The position numbers were made by a program, and so were the translations under genes. The notes under the pieces are model-generated. The model was not told the DNA's origin. It was given only the letters and a program-made list of their open reading frames with translations, and made no database searches. A DNA stretch of 64,000 bases from Eledone cirrhosa (lineage: Eukaryota). Location: positions 104,780,001 to 104,844,000 of the forward strand of contig OZ024745.1 in assembly GCA_964016885.1 (NCBI GenBank). Reading direction: 5' to 3'. Below, one piece after another: positions 1 through 13,403 of this stretch (position 1 is its first letter; every line of letters starts with the position of its first letter).

Positions 1-2
1 TT

Positions 3-345
3 TTCCTATTCCACAGTGGTAAATCTCTTGCCTGGAATGCCACATGCAGCGACACAATCTTCAGCGGCAACATGGTACACTCTACAACTAACCCAGGCTC
101 TGCTGTACTTCGGGCCGAGGAGGGTAAACTCGCTAAATATCGGTCGCTCTCTGACAGGTTTGTGGTCGAGCCTGTAGCAGTGGAGACATCTGGTGTCCTT
201 GGTCCTAGAGCCACTTCCCTGCTCACCACCATTAGCACAGTGTTGGCTACCTACAGGTATGAGCTTCATGAGCTGGAATGGTTCTTCCAGCGCATCTCAC
301 TCACCTTCCTCTGGGGAAATGCCTTCTCTAATCTGTCTGCCAGAG
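3..345 (+). mobile_element. CRE-clade non-LTR retrotransposon C-terminal restriction-like endonuclease fragment
   Basis: Frame 3 reads HSGKSLAWNATCSDT...GSAVLRAEEGKLAKY...FVVEPVAVETSGVLG...QRISLTFLWGNA. This matches the G..L.WD.TC.DT / AE..K..KY / P.avET.G / QRlS....GNA pattern of CRE-type RLE domains; WD is mutated to WN. Confidence 0.8.
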
Positions 346-3269
346 CCGCAGGGCGGCCAGCGTGTGGGCCCCCATTTGTTCACAATAGTGAGAGATGGGG
401 AGAGTGGGAGAGATGGGTACAGTGTCAGTGGGGGTTTGGTCCTTTATGTGTTCGGACCTGGTGTTTATATGTTTATATAAGAGAGAATAAGACTGTTTAT
501 TTTCATAATGTTTTTCCAAGATGATTACAACCACTGGTGGACATCGCTGGTGCCTATGTAGAATTTAAAGACAGTACTGTACTTCTACCACTATACTGTT
601 CAAAATGAAATATGTTTTATGATAATCTAATGATTGTGCAGCAAACTTCTTACCATTTCAACCTTATTGCAGGCACATTTTGGTATTTCATATCATCAAT
701 CATTAGATTCTTGTAGAAAATAGACAAAAGAACCAACTAAATTTCTTGCAGTATGATGTCAGACTTTTGTTGTTCCATTGGTTTCACTCTTTGGGCGGCA
801 TCCCTGCTGGGGAACTGTTATGAAAGGATTTAGTCACTCATATTGACCTTAGTATTTGTCTCGTACTTATTTTATCAATCTTATAAGGGACAAAATGGCT
901 CAGTAAATTTTGATGTAAAGTAGTGTAACTCAGACTAAATACCACAAGTTTTTTTTTTTTTGCTTGCTGCATTAATTTTTATTTGACTATCCTGCACCAA
1001 CACACACACACACACACGCACACATTTACACATGTAATTTTGTGTGATTACATTTGATGTGTGAAGAGAGAGGCAATTTGAAAGATCAATGAATGTGAGT
1101 GCTGAAATATCAATATGTATCTATTCTCTAGAGTTATTTTACTTGATCAAGATCTCTACTAAGTTTTTTACTCCTAGAATATGTTTGCAGGTCAATAATA
1201 AATTCTATTCTAAAATTTATAGTTCAATAATCACAATGAGGAATTGAAAGTTTAATTACCTTGTATACTAGAATCTAAGTCGACCCCTTAAAATCCAAAC
1301 CCCGTGTATAAGCTGAGGCAGCTAATCAATACATTGTGTTTAGATGGCATGATTTTGACATTCTCATGATTTGAAAATGTATTTATGAAGTTTTAATATT
1401 TTAATATTTAAAATGTTTTACATGTCGTTTAGAGTAGAGTTTTTCTTGCACAACTCCATTACGTAAAGATTTTTTAATCAATTTCTGACCGTTTTCAAGG
1501 CCATACTCATTCAAAACATAAAAACAAGAAAAAAAACAAAGTGAAAGCAGTGTAATATTCACTTCCAATTCTTTAGCATCTCTAGAAATTTTGTTTCTTT
1601 TACTTTCTATGGTTTTCCCTAATAAAATATAAATCAGACACAATGAATAGATCTGATTGCTCATGAAAACAGAGTTCCCTGTAGGAGTTATGAATGTTAT
1701 TCAATGTGTATACGTTTGATATGTGAAGAGAGCGAGCAGTTTGAAACATTTTCATCTTCTTTTACTCAGCTAAAATCTTTGAACTTTTTTCCTTATAGAA
1801 ACGTTTACTTACTATAGCGATACCCCTCCCCATCCCAATAAAAAAGTAATACATTTATGAAGTATAACACATAGTTTTATCAGGATGCACTTATATGGAG
1901 AAAACAAACCTTACAACTTCTTGGTTGAGATTAAATAAATTATAGTAAAGTATATTCAATATATCTGAGAAAACTGGAACTAGAAAAGAAACATTTTTCA
2001 AAAGAAAGTAAAAAAAGAAGGAAATAGGGTGTCAAAACAAGTACTATATTCCTGGCAATGATTTTGTTGTATTATCTTACAAACAACAAAAATAAACTAA
2101 ATGAAATACAATGAATATTTTATTTTATATATTTTATATATTTTATATATTTTTTGTTTGTTAACTGAATATCAAAAACTAATATTACTTCATTTTTCTC
2201 TTCAAAGAAAAGAGAAGTGACAAAATCTCCTAATAAATAAACAAAATTATAAAGCAAGAAACAACATTAAATTTGAAAGAAAAATATTCTTATTAACTGA
2301 ATTAAAATTTGCTTCTGGTACTAAAATCCCGCCGAGAGCTAAATGAGAAAATTTGTTTCCTTTTGTTTTAAGAAAAAAAAACAAAAAAAAAACTGAAAGC
2401 ACAGACAATACAAGTGAAAGAATTCTTTCATATTTCCTTGGAGCAATTGATGAGATTCTCTTTCAATGTCTGGTTGAAAGTCAAACCCAAGTCAGACGAA
2501 ATTCAGATCACCCTTTTCAATTATTAGATTTATGAATTTACTTCAAATGTCTAAGGAAGTAATTGTGTTTTTTTATGGTAACATGTCAACATATAATCTT
2601 TCTCTCCGTCTAGTATTTATCTATCTATCTTTTTCTTTCCTTTCTTAATCTCAGACACACACTTTTCTATATATTAACACACATACGCATATATTTTTAT
2701 ATAAATATAAATACACACATGTGATTCAGTGAACATTCAACAAGTAGAGAGATCTTTATACAGTACTTAAGATATATACAAATATGCTACTTAAGTTTCA
2801 TAGTCTAGCTATGGTTTGAACTCTTATTGAGAGTTAGAAAAGGTTAGAAAAAGGTTATTGGTTAGACAAAATGACATTCTATCAGATGCAATGTACAGTC
2901 AGTCTGTTGTTAAAAACACATTAATTCGTATAAGAAATATTTTTGTGTGTAATATGTTTATATGAATATGTCTATGTGTATGAGTTGGGGGAATTTATGA
3001 TGGTCTATCTCAAAAGATTTTTGTTATTAGGTATGCTTTGAAGAGTGTGTTGTCATGTTACTGTAATTGTATGTGTAATGTGATTGTCTGTCTTATATGC
3101 TGTGTGTGAAGTTTGTGAAGGTTTATCTAAAGAGTTTTTTTAAGTGTCTCAAGGATTTATTAAGTGATAATCTGTTTATATAAAAATGTTTAATGTGAAT
3201 ATTTATCTATATTGGAATATGTTGAATACACACTAGGTTAAGTATTAGTCCGGTGGAATTTTTCAATGG

Positions 3270-3835
3270 GGGAATATGAATTTATTAGCATGTGGGTGTT
3301 TATTACTAAATATTTAGGTAGTTGTGAGAGTTTTATTTTAATTTGTTCAATATTTACACCTTTTTTACTGTGCAAAGTTGACATTTTCTTATCCCATTTA
3401 TATATAGTCTACATCTTTCAAGAACTCTCCAGCTGATACGATAGTTGGTTTAAAGCCTTTTCAGTTTTCAAATATGGTCAGCCAGTGTTGTGGAAGTTCA
3501 CTTATTTATCAATGTATCTGAAGGATTTGTCATAGTTGAAAAAACTTTTGCTTGAATTTGCTTTCAATCGTGCCTATGTAATGCAGCTTCTTAACTGCTT
3601 AGTATGATGTTTTTTAGGTAACTTTGGATTCTTATATGACTGTTTCTATGCTGCATGTCTGGTTTAAACAACATAATTCACTCTTCCTACACAGACAACC
3701 TAGAACACTATGTTTGACTTATTTGCTGGTGACATTTACATATTTGTAATGCATCAGTAGCTAATTTTCATACAGCTTCTATTAAATAGCTTTCTGTATC
3801 TATAATATATTGGAAAATTCTTGTGTACCCTTCCT
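3270..3835 (-). mobile_element. Penelope-like element relic (RT thumb/linker + GIY-YIG endonuclease), many stops
   Basis: Manual minus-strand translation: RKLFNRSCMKISY*C, CCLNQTCSIETVI*ESKV, HYIGTIESKFKQK, STTLADHI*KLK, ISWRVLERC...KCQLCTVKK, HPHANKF. Confidence 0.8.
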
Positions 3836-4110
3836 CATACCGTGTGTCTATATATCTAGCAATATATATCTTTCAATCTGTTTGTCATTGTTTAGTTCTA
3901 TCGATCCTCTTGTCAGTCTATCAGTCAATCTGTCTGTCTGTCTGTCTATCCATTGTTTGTATATATCTATCCTTATGATTATCTGTTTGTCTATCCTTAC
4001 ATCTGCCTGTTTGCCTACCCATCCTTATGTCTGACTGTCTATTATGAAAACACTGCTTCAGAAGGTCCAATCTAACCCATGCAAGCATAGAAAAGCAGGT
4101 ATAAAGGATA

Positions 4111-4131
4111 ACACACATGCACACACACATG

Positions 4132-4205
<74 letters not shown>

Positions 4206-4250
4206 TATGCATACAGACACATACACAATCATGTGCGCACACACACACAC
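4111..4250. repeat. (CA)n microsatellite
   Basis: Direct inspection. Confidence 0.95.
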
Positions 4251-4837
4251 TAGTCCCTTTGATGGGAAATCTAATTCATTCCAGAACTTCATTCATTACC
4301 ACAAAATCTTTTTACCACAACAATGAAAATTTATGTATTTAGGGAAAATTCTTTCCCAATCTTCAATCAATACTGAAAGTCTACACCCAAAGCACCCTGT
4401 TGAAAATCAGTAAAACACAAATCATCAATAGTAAGGAATCAATAGAAAGGAATGCATATAATAAAAAACAACAATATAATAATCGTACAATGAGGTAATA
4501 AATTGCAGGAATAAACATACAGAAAGAAAAAACAATGCTTTCAATTTATCATTTTATTTACTTCTGGTTTGTTTTACTTGATACATATCATTAACAGAAG
4601 AGTGTGTGAACAGAGGAAAATAATTCAACATAACATTTAAGGTGTCCACACTCATACACTTACATACAGAATTTGGGTGAATGCATTTGAGCGTTTGTTA
4701 ATTTGGTGTCTAATTTATTATTTTTGTATGGAAATCGTTTGTTGATATGATTTCATTTGTTAGAAAATTAATCGAAAAGCATTCATTACCATGATTTTGT
4801 CATCACAGATGTTCATTACCAAAGGATTGACTGTATA

Positions 4838-6034
4838 CACTGGGCTGTTCAGTTCTTTGAGGACACATCTTTTAATAGCTCTAATTTTTTTTTTTAAAAA
4901 TAATTTGTTCTGATCATCATATCCTTTCAGATAAATAATGACAGACATCAAGCTGACTCAGCAAATAACAAGGCACGCTGAAATCGTTGCCTTAAAGGCA
5001 GAGCATAGTGATTTAGAGATTGCTCGCTCCATGAAAGTTGCACAGTCATTTGTTGTCAAAGTTTTCAAAGAACTGGAAGCTGCTGATGGCGATTTTTCAA
5101 ATTCAGAACGTCCAAATTTGTAAGAAAGGTGCCAAAAATTATTGATAAGAACCACAAAGTCAATTAGCGCCATTCCTAATGCGCTGAAGGTTTCAAAGCA
5201 TTCTGTTGGAATAATTATGCATAAGGACCTTCAATACCCTCATATGTGATGCGAAGAGACTAATTCATGTCTGCAAAGACAAAAAGTAACTGTCTGAGCC
5301 ACACAAAGTGCTTGTCGAGCAAGTTCAAATATCAAGAATCTAGAATGCTTTTGTTTTTCTCTGATGAGAAAAACTTTGATCAGGACCAACAGGTCCATCG
5401 AAAGAATAACAGATGGTTATGCAGAGACGCTAAAGATGTTCCAATGGTCATGCACATAAAGTTTCCAGCAACTGTGAGGGTTCTGAGACTCGTGAGCAAC
5501 GAGGGAGATATGCTTCCCCATTTCTTTCCTCAGGGTTTAATGGCCAATATTGCTGACTATAAGGAGGTGTTGGAGAGGGTTGTGAGGCTAGGATAGAGAG
5601 TATGAGGAAAGAAAAAAACATACAACTGCCAACAAGGCCCTGCGCCGCCTCATAACCCCAAATCTACCCAAGAATGGATAAAGTACAAACTCCACAATCA
5701 GGTCACACTAAATATATGGCCTCCTAGCTCTTCAAACCTGAATCTGATGGACAACTATGTATGGGACATAGTTGAAAGGGAAGTCAATCCACACCCGCCT
5801 AATGTTATAAAATCTTGGAAGTCTACCATAACTAACTCAATATCAACATTTCAGACCTCATATTGTAACAGTCATCAATGCTAACAGTAGTTTCAAGAAG
5901 TAGATTGAGTAGATATTTCAAGAAGAGTCTCAAGATTATTCATGCAAACGTTTTTGTCAAATAAAACTCTTCTTTCATGACATGTATCTTTTACTAAATT
6001 CATGCAAGTGTCCTCAAAGAACTGAGCAACACTG
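4838..6034 (+). mobile_element. Degenerate Tc1/mariner transposon, DD37D (maT-type), with both TIRs
   Basis: Imperfect TIRs ...cagttctttgaggacac (4838-4866) and gtgtcctcaaagaactg... (6008-6034), each flanked by TA. Transposase pieces FFSDEKNF and QQG(D)PAPPH...WPPSSSNLNLMD, with 37 residues between the 2nd and 3rd catalytic positions; frameshifted. Confidence 0.88.
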
Positions 6035-8432
6035 TAGTATAATATATTGATATCATACCTACTGATAGAAATATTATTAATAATATATGTGTATAAAATT
6101 AAAATGACCATGTCTCTCCATCCTACCCTTTGTGATAAAATATATTATATATCACATTAATTGAAAAACAGAATATTTTGTTTTTAAATATCTATACAAT
6201 TTCTGGTGTTCTTTTTCATATATTTTAATTCATCTTTGTCATTATATTATAATTTTCTTTGATATCAATTTGTTGTATTTTGTTAAATTTTGACACTTAG
6301 AAATTTCACTTATAACTTGCTATTGTATTTTTTTTTATGTTTGTTTTTAACATTTATCTTCTAACACAAGTTTTCAAATTTACTGTATTTGCTTCAATAT
6401 ATATTATATTATATATGCTCTCTCTCTTTCTCTATCTATAAACACACACACACATATATATTTATGAATGTTTGTCCTGCTAACTGTCTGGTTTTTCAAT
6501 TACATAGGGAAAAAACGATATACATAGCAACATAGAAACAATTAAAGTAAATAAACAGTTAAGAAAATTGCATTGTAGACAAGCATTCAGAAGCAGGAAT
6601 CTAAAATTAATGATATAAATATTACCAAGGCTACATCATTGGTTTTATTACAAATAGATAGAAAAACAATTAAAAGGTTTCAATAGGAAATGATATAGCT
6701 TCATATAGGAAATAATATGGGTTCAAATCCCATGAGGGTTAACTTTGCTTTTCAGTGTTGATAAATAAAATACCAGTCCTGGGCGGTGGATTTGCAAAAT
6801 TGTTGGAGTGTCAGACATGATGCCTTGCAGTATCTCTTTCAGCCCTTTGCATTCTGAATTTACTTGTGATATCACTGGAGCCAAGTTATATAAATCCATG
6901 CTTTTCTCTTAGACAGCATTAGTGGCAAAGAAAGGGTAGACTTGCATGCATTGGTTCTTGTTAGTTTTCCCCAAAAGGAACCTTCCAGATGCAGATTCCA
7001 GTCCATGGTCAAACAGAATTGAACAGACTTTATGTAAAGTTGGTTACCTGAAAATTTGAAACCAAAGTTTCATGAATAGTTGATAATATTCTGCCTAAAT
7101 TAAAATTATAGTCATGGATGGGCAGAACTTTTAGAATATCAGACAAATTGCCTAGTTGTATTATGGCCAATTACAGTCTGATAAAATAAAGAATTAGTTA
7201 AGTGTCTCAGTAGACTTTATATTCCTATAAAGTGTCTTAAGTGTGAATGGAATTATAATGGAAGAGATGTTATTTGAATTGTGCATTGAAACCTTTTCAA
7301 ATGTTATCTGTAGTTATTAAATTATGGCTCTTTTGGCCTTGTGTCAAATGTAGAAACACTTATATTATGGTTCTTTTAATGCTTTTCAATATCAAATATC
7401 AGATTTCTTTACATATATAGAGAGGACTCTTCAGTGTTATAAAGGACATGTCAACCTTTCTAATGCTGGTACCATGATAAAATGTATTATGTAAACTCTG
7501 TAAAATCGTTGCTATTTGGAAGGGCATCCACCTGTAGAAATATGAGAGAATGTATTGAGTGGTAATAGTTCCTCAACCAGTTTAGGCAGACAAAGCTCCA
7601 ATTAAGTACTAACTTGGTCTATAATAACTCAGTCAACCCATGTCAGCATGGGAAAACAGACAAAATGATCATGATGAGGATATAAGCAAGGTTTTGTGTT
7701 GTAAAACTGTTATTAGGAACTGAAGTTTGGCACATGCCTGAGATGTTCTTGACCAGTTCTGAACAAGAAAACCTATAAGTTAAAGGCATTTTAACTCTGA
7801 CCCTCTCATATTCACTCTAGTCATAATGTATGTTGGATTGCAATGTGTCCTTCCTTTTAAAGCAGTATAATATAATTTGAGGGATATTTGACTGTTATTT
7901 CGAGTAGTTCTAGTGGCATATACAAATGACCCTTCATTGACTTGTAGTCTAGCTATATTAGAATCAGGTTTTTGTTGTTTAGTCACATATCGGCTCTGAG
8001 CAAACAGTTTATCAAATACATTCCAGACATGGCTATTCTATCTTATTTTGGTGCATAGTTCATTTAGAATCACATTATCTAATATCTTCATTTTTCAAGA
8101 TGGTAGGGTATGATTTAAAGGAAATTTTATTACTATTTCTATTTGATCAAGCAACTCTGTAAAGGCTCCTTCATTAGCACTGAAAGACTCTCTTGTTGTT
8201 GCCGTTATTGTTTAGCCACAGATCAGGTCTGTTCCAGCCATGATGACTCTCTTTATTTTATTTCCAGACAGAATGTATTTCATCTTCACTAGGTATCATC
8301 TAATCTCATCAGGTTGAATACTATGGATCACTCTGTCCATAGTTAACTATAGCTGTGTAAGGCTCAAAATCCCTTCCATGCCTCAGCAGGAATTGGCTTT
8401 AAATTTTTTTGATTACTATTTAGTCAGGGAAT

Positions 8433-9243
8433 AGGGTGGTAGATTGGCAGTATCGGTAGAGCGTCGGACAATATGCTTTATGTCATAGGGTTACGTCCCT
8501 TTATGATCTGAGTTCAAATCCTGCCGATGTTAGTTTTGCCTTTCATCCTTACGGGGTTGATAAAATAAAGCACCAATAATGCACTGGGGTCTATTTAATC
8601 GACTTTCCCTTCCCCCAAAATGGTTGGCCTTGTGCCTAAAGTAGAAACAACTATTTAGTCTAGTCAGGGAATAGGCTGGTTAAATCAGTAGAGTGCCAGA
8701 CAAAATACGTTTGCCATATTTGTTCTGACTCTTTACATTCTGAGTTCAAATCCTGCCAAAGTTAACTTTACCTTTCATCCTTCAATAAAATAAAGCACCA
8801 GTCAAGTGCAGGGTGGGGGGGGGGGGGGAATTTAATTGTCCTTCCCATCTTCTATGTCCCCAAATTGCTGGCCTTGTGTCTAAAATTAGAAATCATTATT
8901 ATTTAGTCAGGGCCGCCGAGATTAACTTTGCCTTTCATCCATACGGGGTCGATAAAATAAAGTACCAGTAATGTACTGGGTAATTGCTGGCCTTGTGCCA
9001 AAAGTAGAAACAATTATTATTTAGTCAGGGCAGTGGATTGGCAGAGTGTTGAATAATATTCTTTGTGGCATAGAGTTATGGCCCTTTACACTCTAAGTTC
9101 AAATCCCCCCCGAAGTTAGCTTTGCCTTTCATCCTTACGGGGTCGATAAAATAAAGTACCATTAATGCACTGGGGTTGATTTAATCGACTTTCCCCTCCT
9201 CCCCCAAAATTGCTGACTTTGTGCCTAAATCTGAAACCATTAT
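8433..9243 (+). mobile_element. Head-to-tail cluster of four family-B tRNA-derived SINE copies
   Basis: Repeated tggcagtatcggtaga (A-box-like), gagttcaaatcc (B box), ctttcatccttacggggtcgataaaataaagtacca core and tgtgccaaaagtagaaacaatta tail. Confidence 0.85.
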
Positions 9244-11129
9244 TTAGTCAGAAAGGAAGGACAGCACCCTTTTTATAACTTTCAAGATGAGAGGGAAGAA
9301 GGTATCATCAAACCTAAAACCTGGATCAATGCTTGCAAGTGAGTGGACTCTTCAAAAGGCAACTGAATCTAGATGGTAGTGTTAAATTGAGTGACAGACT
9401 TAGTCTACTACTCAAGAGGCCAGAACAGGATTGGAACTCGAATGTAAATAGGCAGAACAATTACATAAAGATATTTGATTGAGTGATCTAATGAGTCCAT
9501 CTATCCATCACCCTAGATAATTATTTTATGTAAGGCAAAATTTGAACCAGCGACATTTGAACACAGTTGTCGAAGGGCTGGAATAAATTAATACCAAAAG
9601 GCATATTGTCCAATGTTATAATGCTTCTGCCAATTCATTGTCAATATTTAGGACTTCATTATTTAATGTCTCCTTATTTTATGTAAGTAGTAGAATGTGA
9701 GTTAAGGGAAATTTGCCTACTGTTTCTAGCAGGTATTGCGTAAATTTTTAACCATTTGCATCAGTGAAATATTAATGTGATTTATAATGTTATAAAAGTT
9801 CATGATCATTTTAGAATTATTAAAATCTTAGATTAGTCACTAATTTGTACAGGATGCAAATGCATTCTAGAAAACTGAAACTTTCCCCAGTAAATATTAA
9901 AATGCCATCAAAAATGTAATGAATTTTAAAAACTGTTCTTGTTGTCAAGCATTAGATCAACAGGCCAATAATCAAATACATTCTTTCCATGACCATCCTG
10001 TCTGCTTAGGGGTATCTAGATGTACATGAACTAATTTGTTCTTCCACTTTTTAAGCCAGCCAGGTATTATTTGAGGGAGATTTGGCAATTCATATTGACA
10101 ATTCAATGACCACATTGACTAATTTTAAAGTGAAATATTTTATATGGTGTGTGGATTAGCAGTATTTGTAGAACATTTGACAAAATATCTCTTTAGGTTC
10201 TGAATTCAAATTCCAGGCTATTTTGTGTTTCATCCTTCTGGGGTCATTATAATCAACTATACATTAGAATATAGTGTCCTAGAAATAAAACAAGAGAAAA
10301 GGATTGTTGACATTATAGGTAAAGTTTAACTCAGTAAGATCTGAATTCCAAGCACACAGAGCCAGAACAAATTTTGCAAGTCATTCTCTCTTATGCTAGT
10401 GTGACTCTGCTAATTTGCAGCTCTGTGGAGGTTGTGAAATCATAACTCATTAAATCTGACCACTTGACAGTAAATGCTGTTTACATTCGAAGCATGTCCT
10501 TGATTATGTCTGAATTACCTAAAGAGTAGAAGAGTTGTTGACATTATGAAGGAAACCTATGCTGTAAAGGTTAAAAGTTAAATAAGAATGACAATCATAT
10601 GCACTCCAGTTAATTGAATTTGGAAACAAAAATGAATTCTGATCTTTGCTCAAACAACTAATACACTCACTGACCAAACTAAAAGAAATAAACATATCCT
10701 GAATCTGTCATTTCATTTACAGTGTTGATTCTCCTTGCTCAAGAATTCATGTCAATGCAATCTATTAATACAATGTGTAGTTTCAGTCTGTTTGGCACCC
10801 ATGGAATGCTAAAAAGTATTCTCACTAAATTGAATAATGTATATATATTGAATATATATTGAATATATATATATATATATATATATGTCAGGTCACTCTT
10901 GAGTGTTACTGGTAACATGTAAACCAGTACAACCTGCCGCATGGTCGGGTTGATGGCAACTAAACTGGCAACCCCACCAGTTTACTTGGTGAGGAAGGTG
11001 ATTTTGGACACCCTGCAGGACAAAAAACAAAACCTGACAAAGGGCGGAAGAACTCATAAGAGTCAACGGCCATTCAAAAATGTGTAAATATGTATATACA
11101 TATGTATGTATATGCGTGTGTATATGCCT

Positions 11130-11308
11130 GGGGTGTCAGGAAGGGGCATGCACCTCTGTAGGGAGGGCTAGCCATGCTCTTTTCAGGACAGCTCGTCCTG
11201 CATTGGGCCCCACCTGACACTCAGCTCTCACCTGTGGCCCCAAAAAGCTGTAGCATGCGACAGCGGCCACACCCCGGTAAACCACCTTGGCTGGCAGGCT
11301 GAACCAGG
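11130..11308 (+). ncRNA. Candidate HDV-like self-cleaving ribozyme in RTE 5'UTR
   Basis: P1 GGGGUGU(11130-36)/ACACCCC(11269-75); P2 CCUGU(11231-35)/ACCAGG(11303-08, one bulge); P3 GGC/GCC; P1.1 CC/GG(11276-77); J4/2 GGCUGA(11297-11302). Confidence 0.6.
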
Positions 11309-11840
11309 TTCAGGGTAGCCGGACAGGTCTGAAACCCCCCGGTGAGTTAGATAGGGGATGCCTGCCCCTGCATGCAAAGACTGGACCCGACGGAGTGAGT
11401 GGAGGAGGACAACATCGTCCCAACGGTCACAAAGATGGCAACAGCAAGCGGTGTGGAGCGCTAGGGCAGGGCAAGACACTACAAACGTCGTGGCCATCCA
11501 CTGCAGCCAAGGAAGTCCCTGGTCGTGACGGTCCTCCATACCACCGGATTCTGGCTTCTGCGGCTGAGTGAGTGGGACTGTCACTGTGCACTGGCCCTCC
11601 CACTATAAACCTTTCCCGCACAGGTTTCTCCTTTAGCATGCACTCCCAAAGCCCTCCGGCGATGGGCGAGAGGTCGAGGTAACCTCTAGGAGTTGCCAGT
11701 CTGACTCCGGTCTCTTCCCCTGCCCTCACTGTCCCCGGACCTGCAAGTCAAGGATTGGCCTCCACAGCCACCTTCATGCCCATGGCAGACGGGAACAACA
11801 ATAAAGAAGATGTCATCAACGTTTACGATCGACAACCAAG
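11130..11840 (+). mobile_element. Non-autonomous RTE-clade element (GC-rich 5'UTR fused to C-terminal zinc-finger end)
   Basis: 11715-11804 encodes FPCPHCPRTCKSRIGLHSHLHAHGRREQQ*, the typical RTE C-terminal C2H2-like motif. The upstream part is non-coding and GC-rich; the element is flanked by TA-rich repeats. Confidence 0.8.
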
Positions 11841-11856
11841 ATATATATATATAAAT

Positions 11857-12182
11857 GGCACATGGCTTAGTGGTTAGAGCATTGGCCTTACAATCGAAAG
11901 GTTGTGAGTTCGATTCTCAGACCAGGTGATGTGTTGTTTCCTTGAGCAAGACACTTTATTTCACATTGCTCCAGTTTACTCAGCTGTAGAAATGAGATGA
12001 TAGGGACTGGGGTCCATATCATTCCACGGCAAAAAAGCACCCAGCACTCACTGTAAATGAGGTTGGTGTTAGGAAGGGCATCCAGCTGTAGAAATCAAGC
12101 CAAAATCAGTTGCCGTCCCACCCTTGCGAGCAGGGAAAAAGCGGACGTAAAATGAAATGATGATGATGATGATGATGATGAT
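11857..12182 (+). mobile_element. Family-A tRNA-derived CORE-like SINE with LINE-derived 3' tail and (ATG)n
   Basis: A box tggcttagtgg, B box gagttcgattc, CORE-like ttgagcaagacacttt...cagctgtagaaatgag, tail cccacccttgcgagcagggaaaaagcggacgtaaaatg(atg)n. Confidence 0.85.
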
Positions 12183-12341
12183 AAAGATAGTCGTTTTGGA
12201 GTTACCGAGATAGAGTTACCTTGAAAGCGATTTAATAGTCCCTATATTTCAGATTTTACATCCATCAACAGGGGGGTTTTTCAATGAGAAAGAGTTGTGT
12301 CGGAGAAGGACAACATGTGGCCTTCATTGTTTACTGTGTGC

Positions 12342-12395
<54 letters not shown>

Positions 12396-13077
12396 GTATA
12401 TATATATGTATGTCTGTATTTGTGAAATAATAATAATAATATTATAATAATATTATTAATATTATGTTTGTTGCAAGCAAACAGCTTCATAACAGCATGT
12501 GTGTTTTTTCGATGACCAATGTCATCCTTTTGTTCCAGCAATGACATTATTAGGTGCATTTTTCTTGACACCAATGCTAACACTCTGCAAGATATACTGA
12601 GTGCAGTTTATTATGGCACCAACACTTGGGGGGTTGTTATATACTCTTCCATATTGAGGGGTCCTTTCAAACCCTGCATTGTTCTCCTTTTGATTGTCAA
12701 CAGTGTAACTTTCAGTCACTCACGACACAATAAAAAGCACCCAGTCCACACTGTAAATGTGGTTGGTGTTAGGAAGGGCATCCAGCAATGGAAACCAAGA
12801 CAGAAACAGTTCTGTAGGAGCAAGATACGTTCATCTGACCTGGCTTGTCTCACAATGGGACAACTTGTCAAACCCACGCTAGGTTTGACATTAACCGATG
12901 ATGATGATGATGATGATACACACACGCACGCTCTCCCCTCTCTCTCTCTCTCTCTCTCCCACACACATAGGCAACTTTATTTTTGAAACAGCAAGCAAGT
13001 TTGAAAATAGAAATAGAAACTTTCGCTGTATTTTTGACTTTATTAAAAAATACAGCAAAAGCTTCTCTCTCTCTCTA

Positions 13078-13403
13078 TCATTTCATTCATTTTACGTCCG
13101 CTTTTCCCTGCTTGCAAGGGCGGGACGGGAACTGATTCTGGCTTGATTTCTACAGCTGGATGCCCTTCCTAACACCAACCTCATTTACAGTGAGTGCTGG
13201 GTGCTTTTTTGCCGTGGCACCTACACGTCCACTTTGCAGTGGAATGATATGGACCCCAGTCCCTATCATCTCATTTCTACAGCTGAGTAAACTGAAGCAA
13301 TGTGAAATAAAGTGTCTTGCTCAAGGAAACAACACATCACCCAGTCTGGGAATTGAACTCACAACCTTTTGATTGCAAGGCCAATGCTCTAACCACTAAG
13401 CCA
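13078..13403 (-). mobile_element. Family-A SINE
   Basis: Reverse complement of the copies at 11857 and 16654. Confidence 0.85.

Noticed and set aside
5362-5372. CTGATGA-GAAA hammerhead-like string
   Set aside because: It is the SDEK codons of the DD37D transposase; no stem II.
11857-11930. tRNA gene at SINE heads (also 16654, 44423 and SINE-B heads)
   Set aside because: A/B boxes are present but there is no complete acceptor stem, and the heads continue into SINE body and tail.
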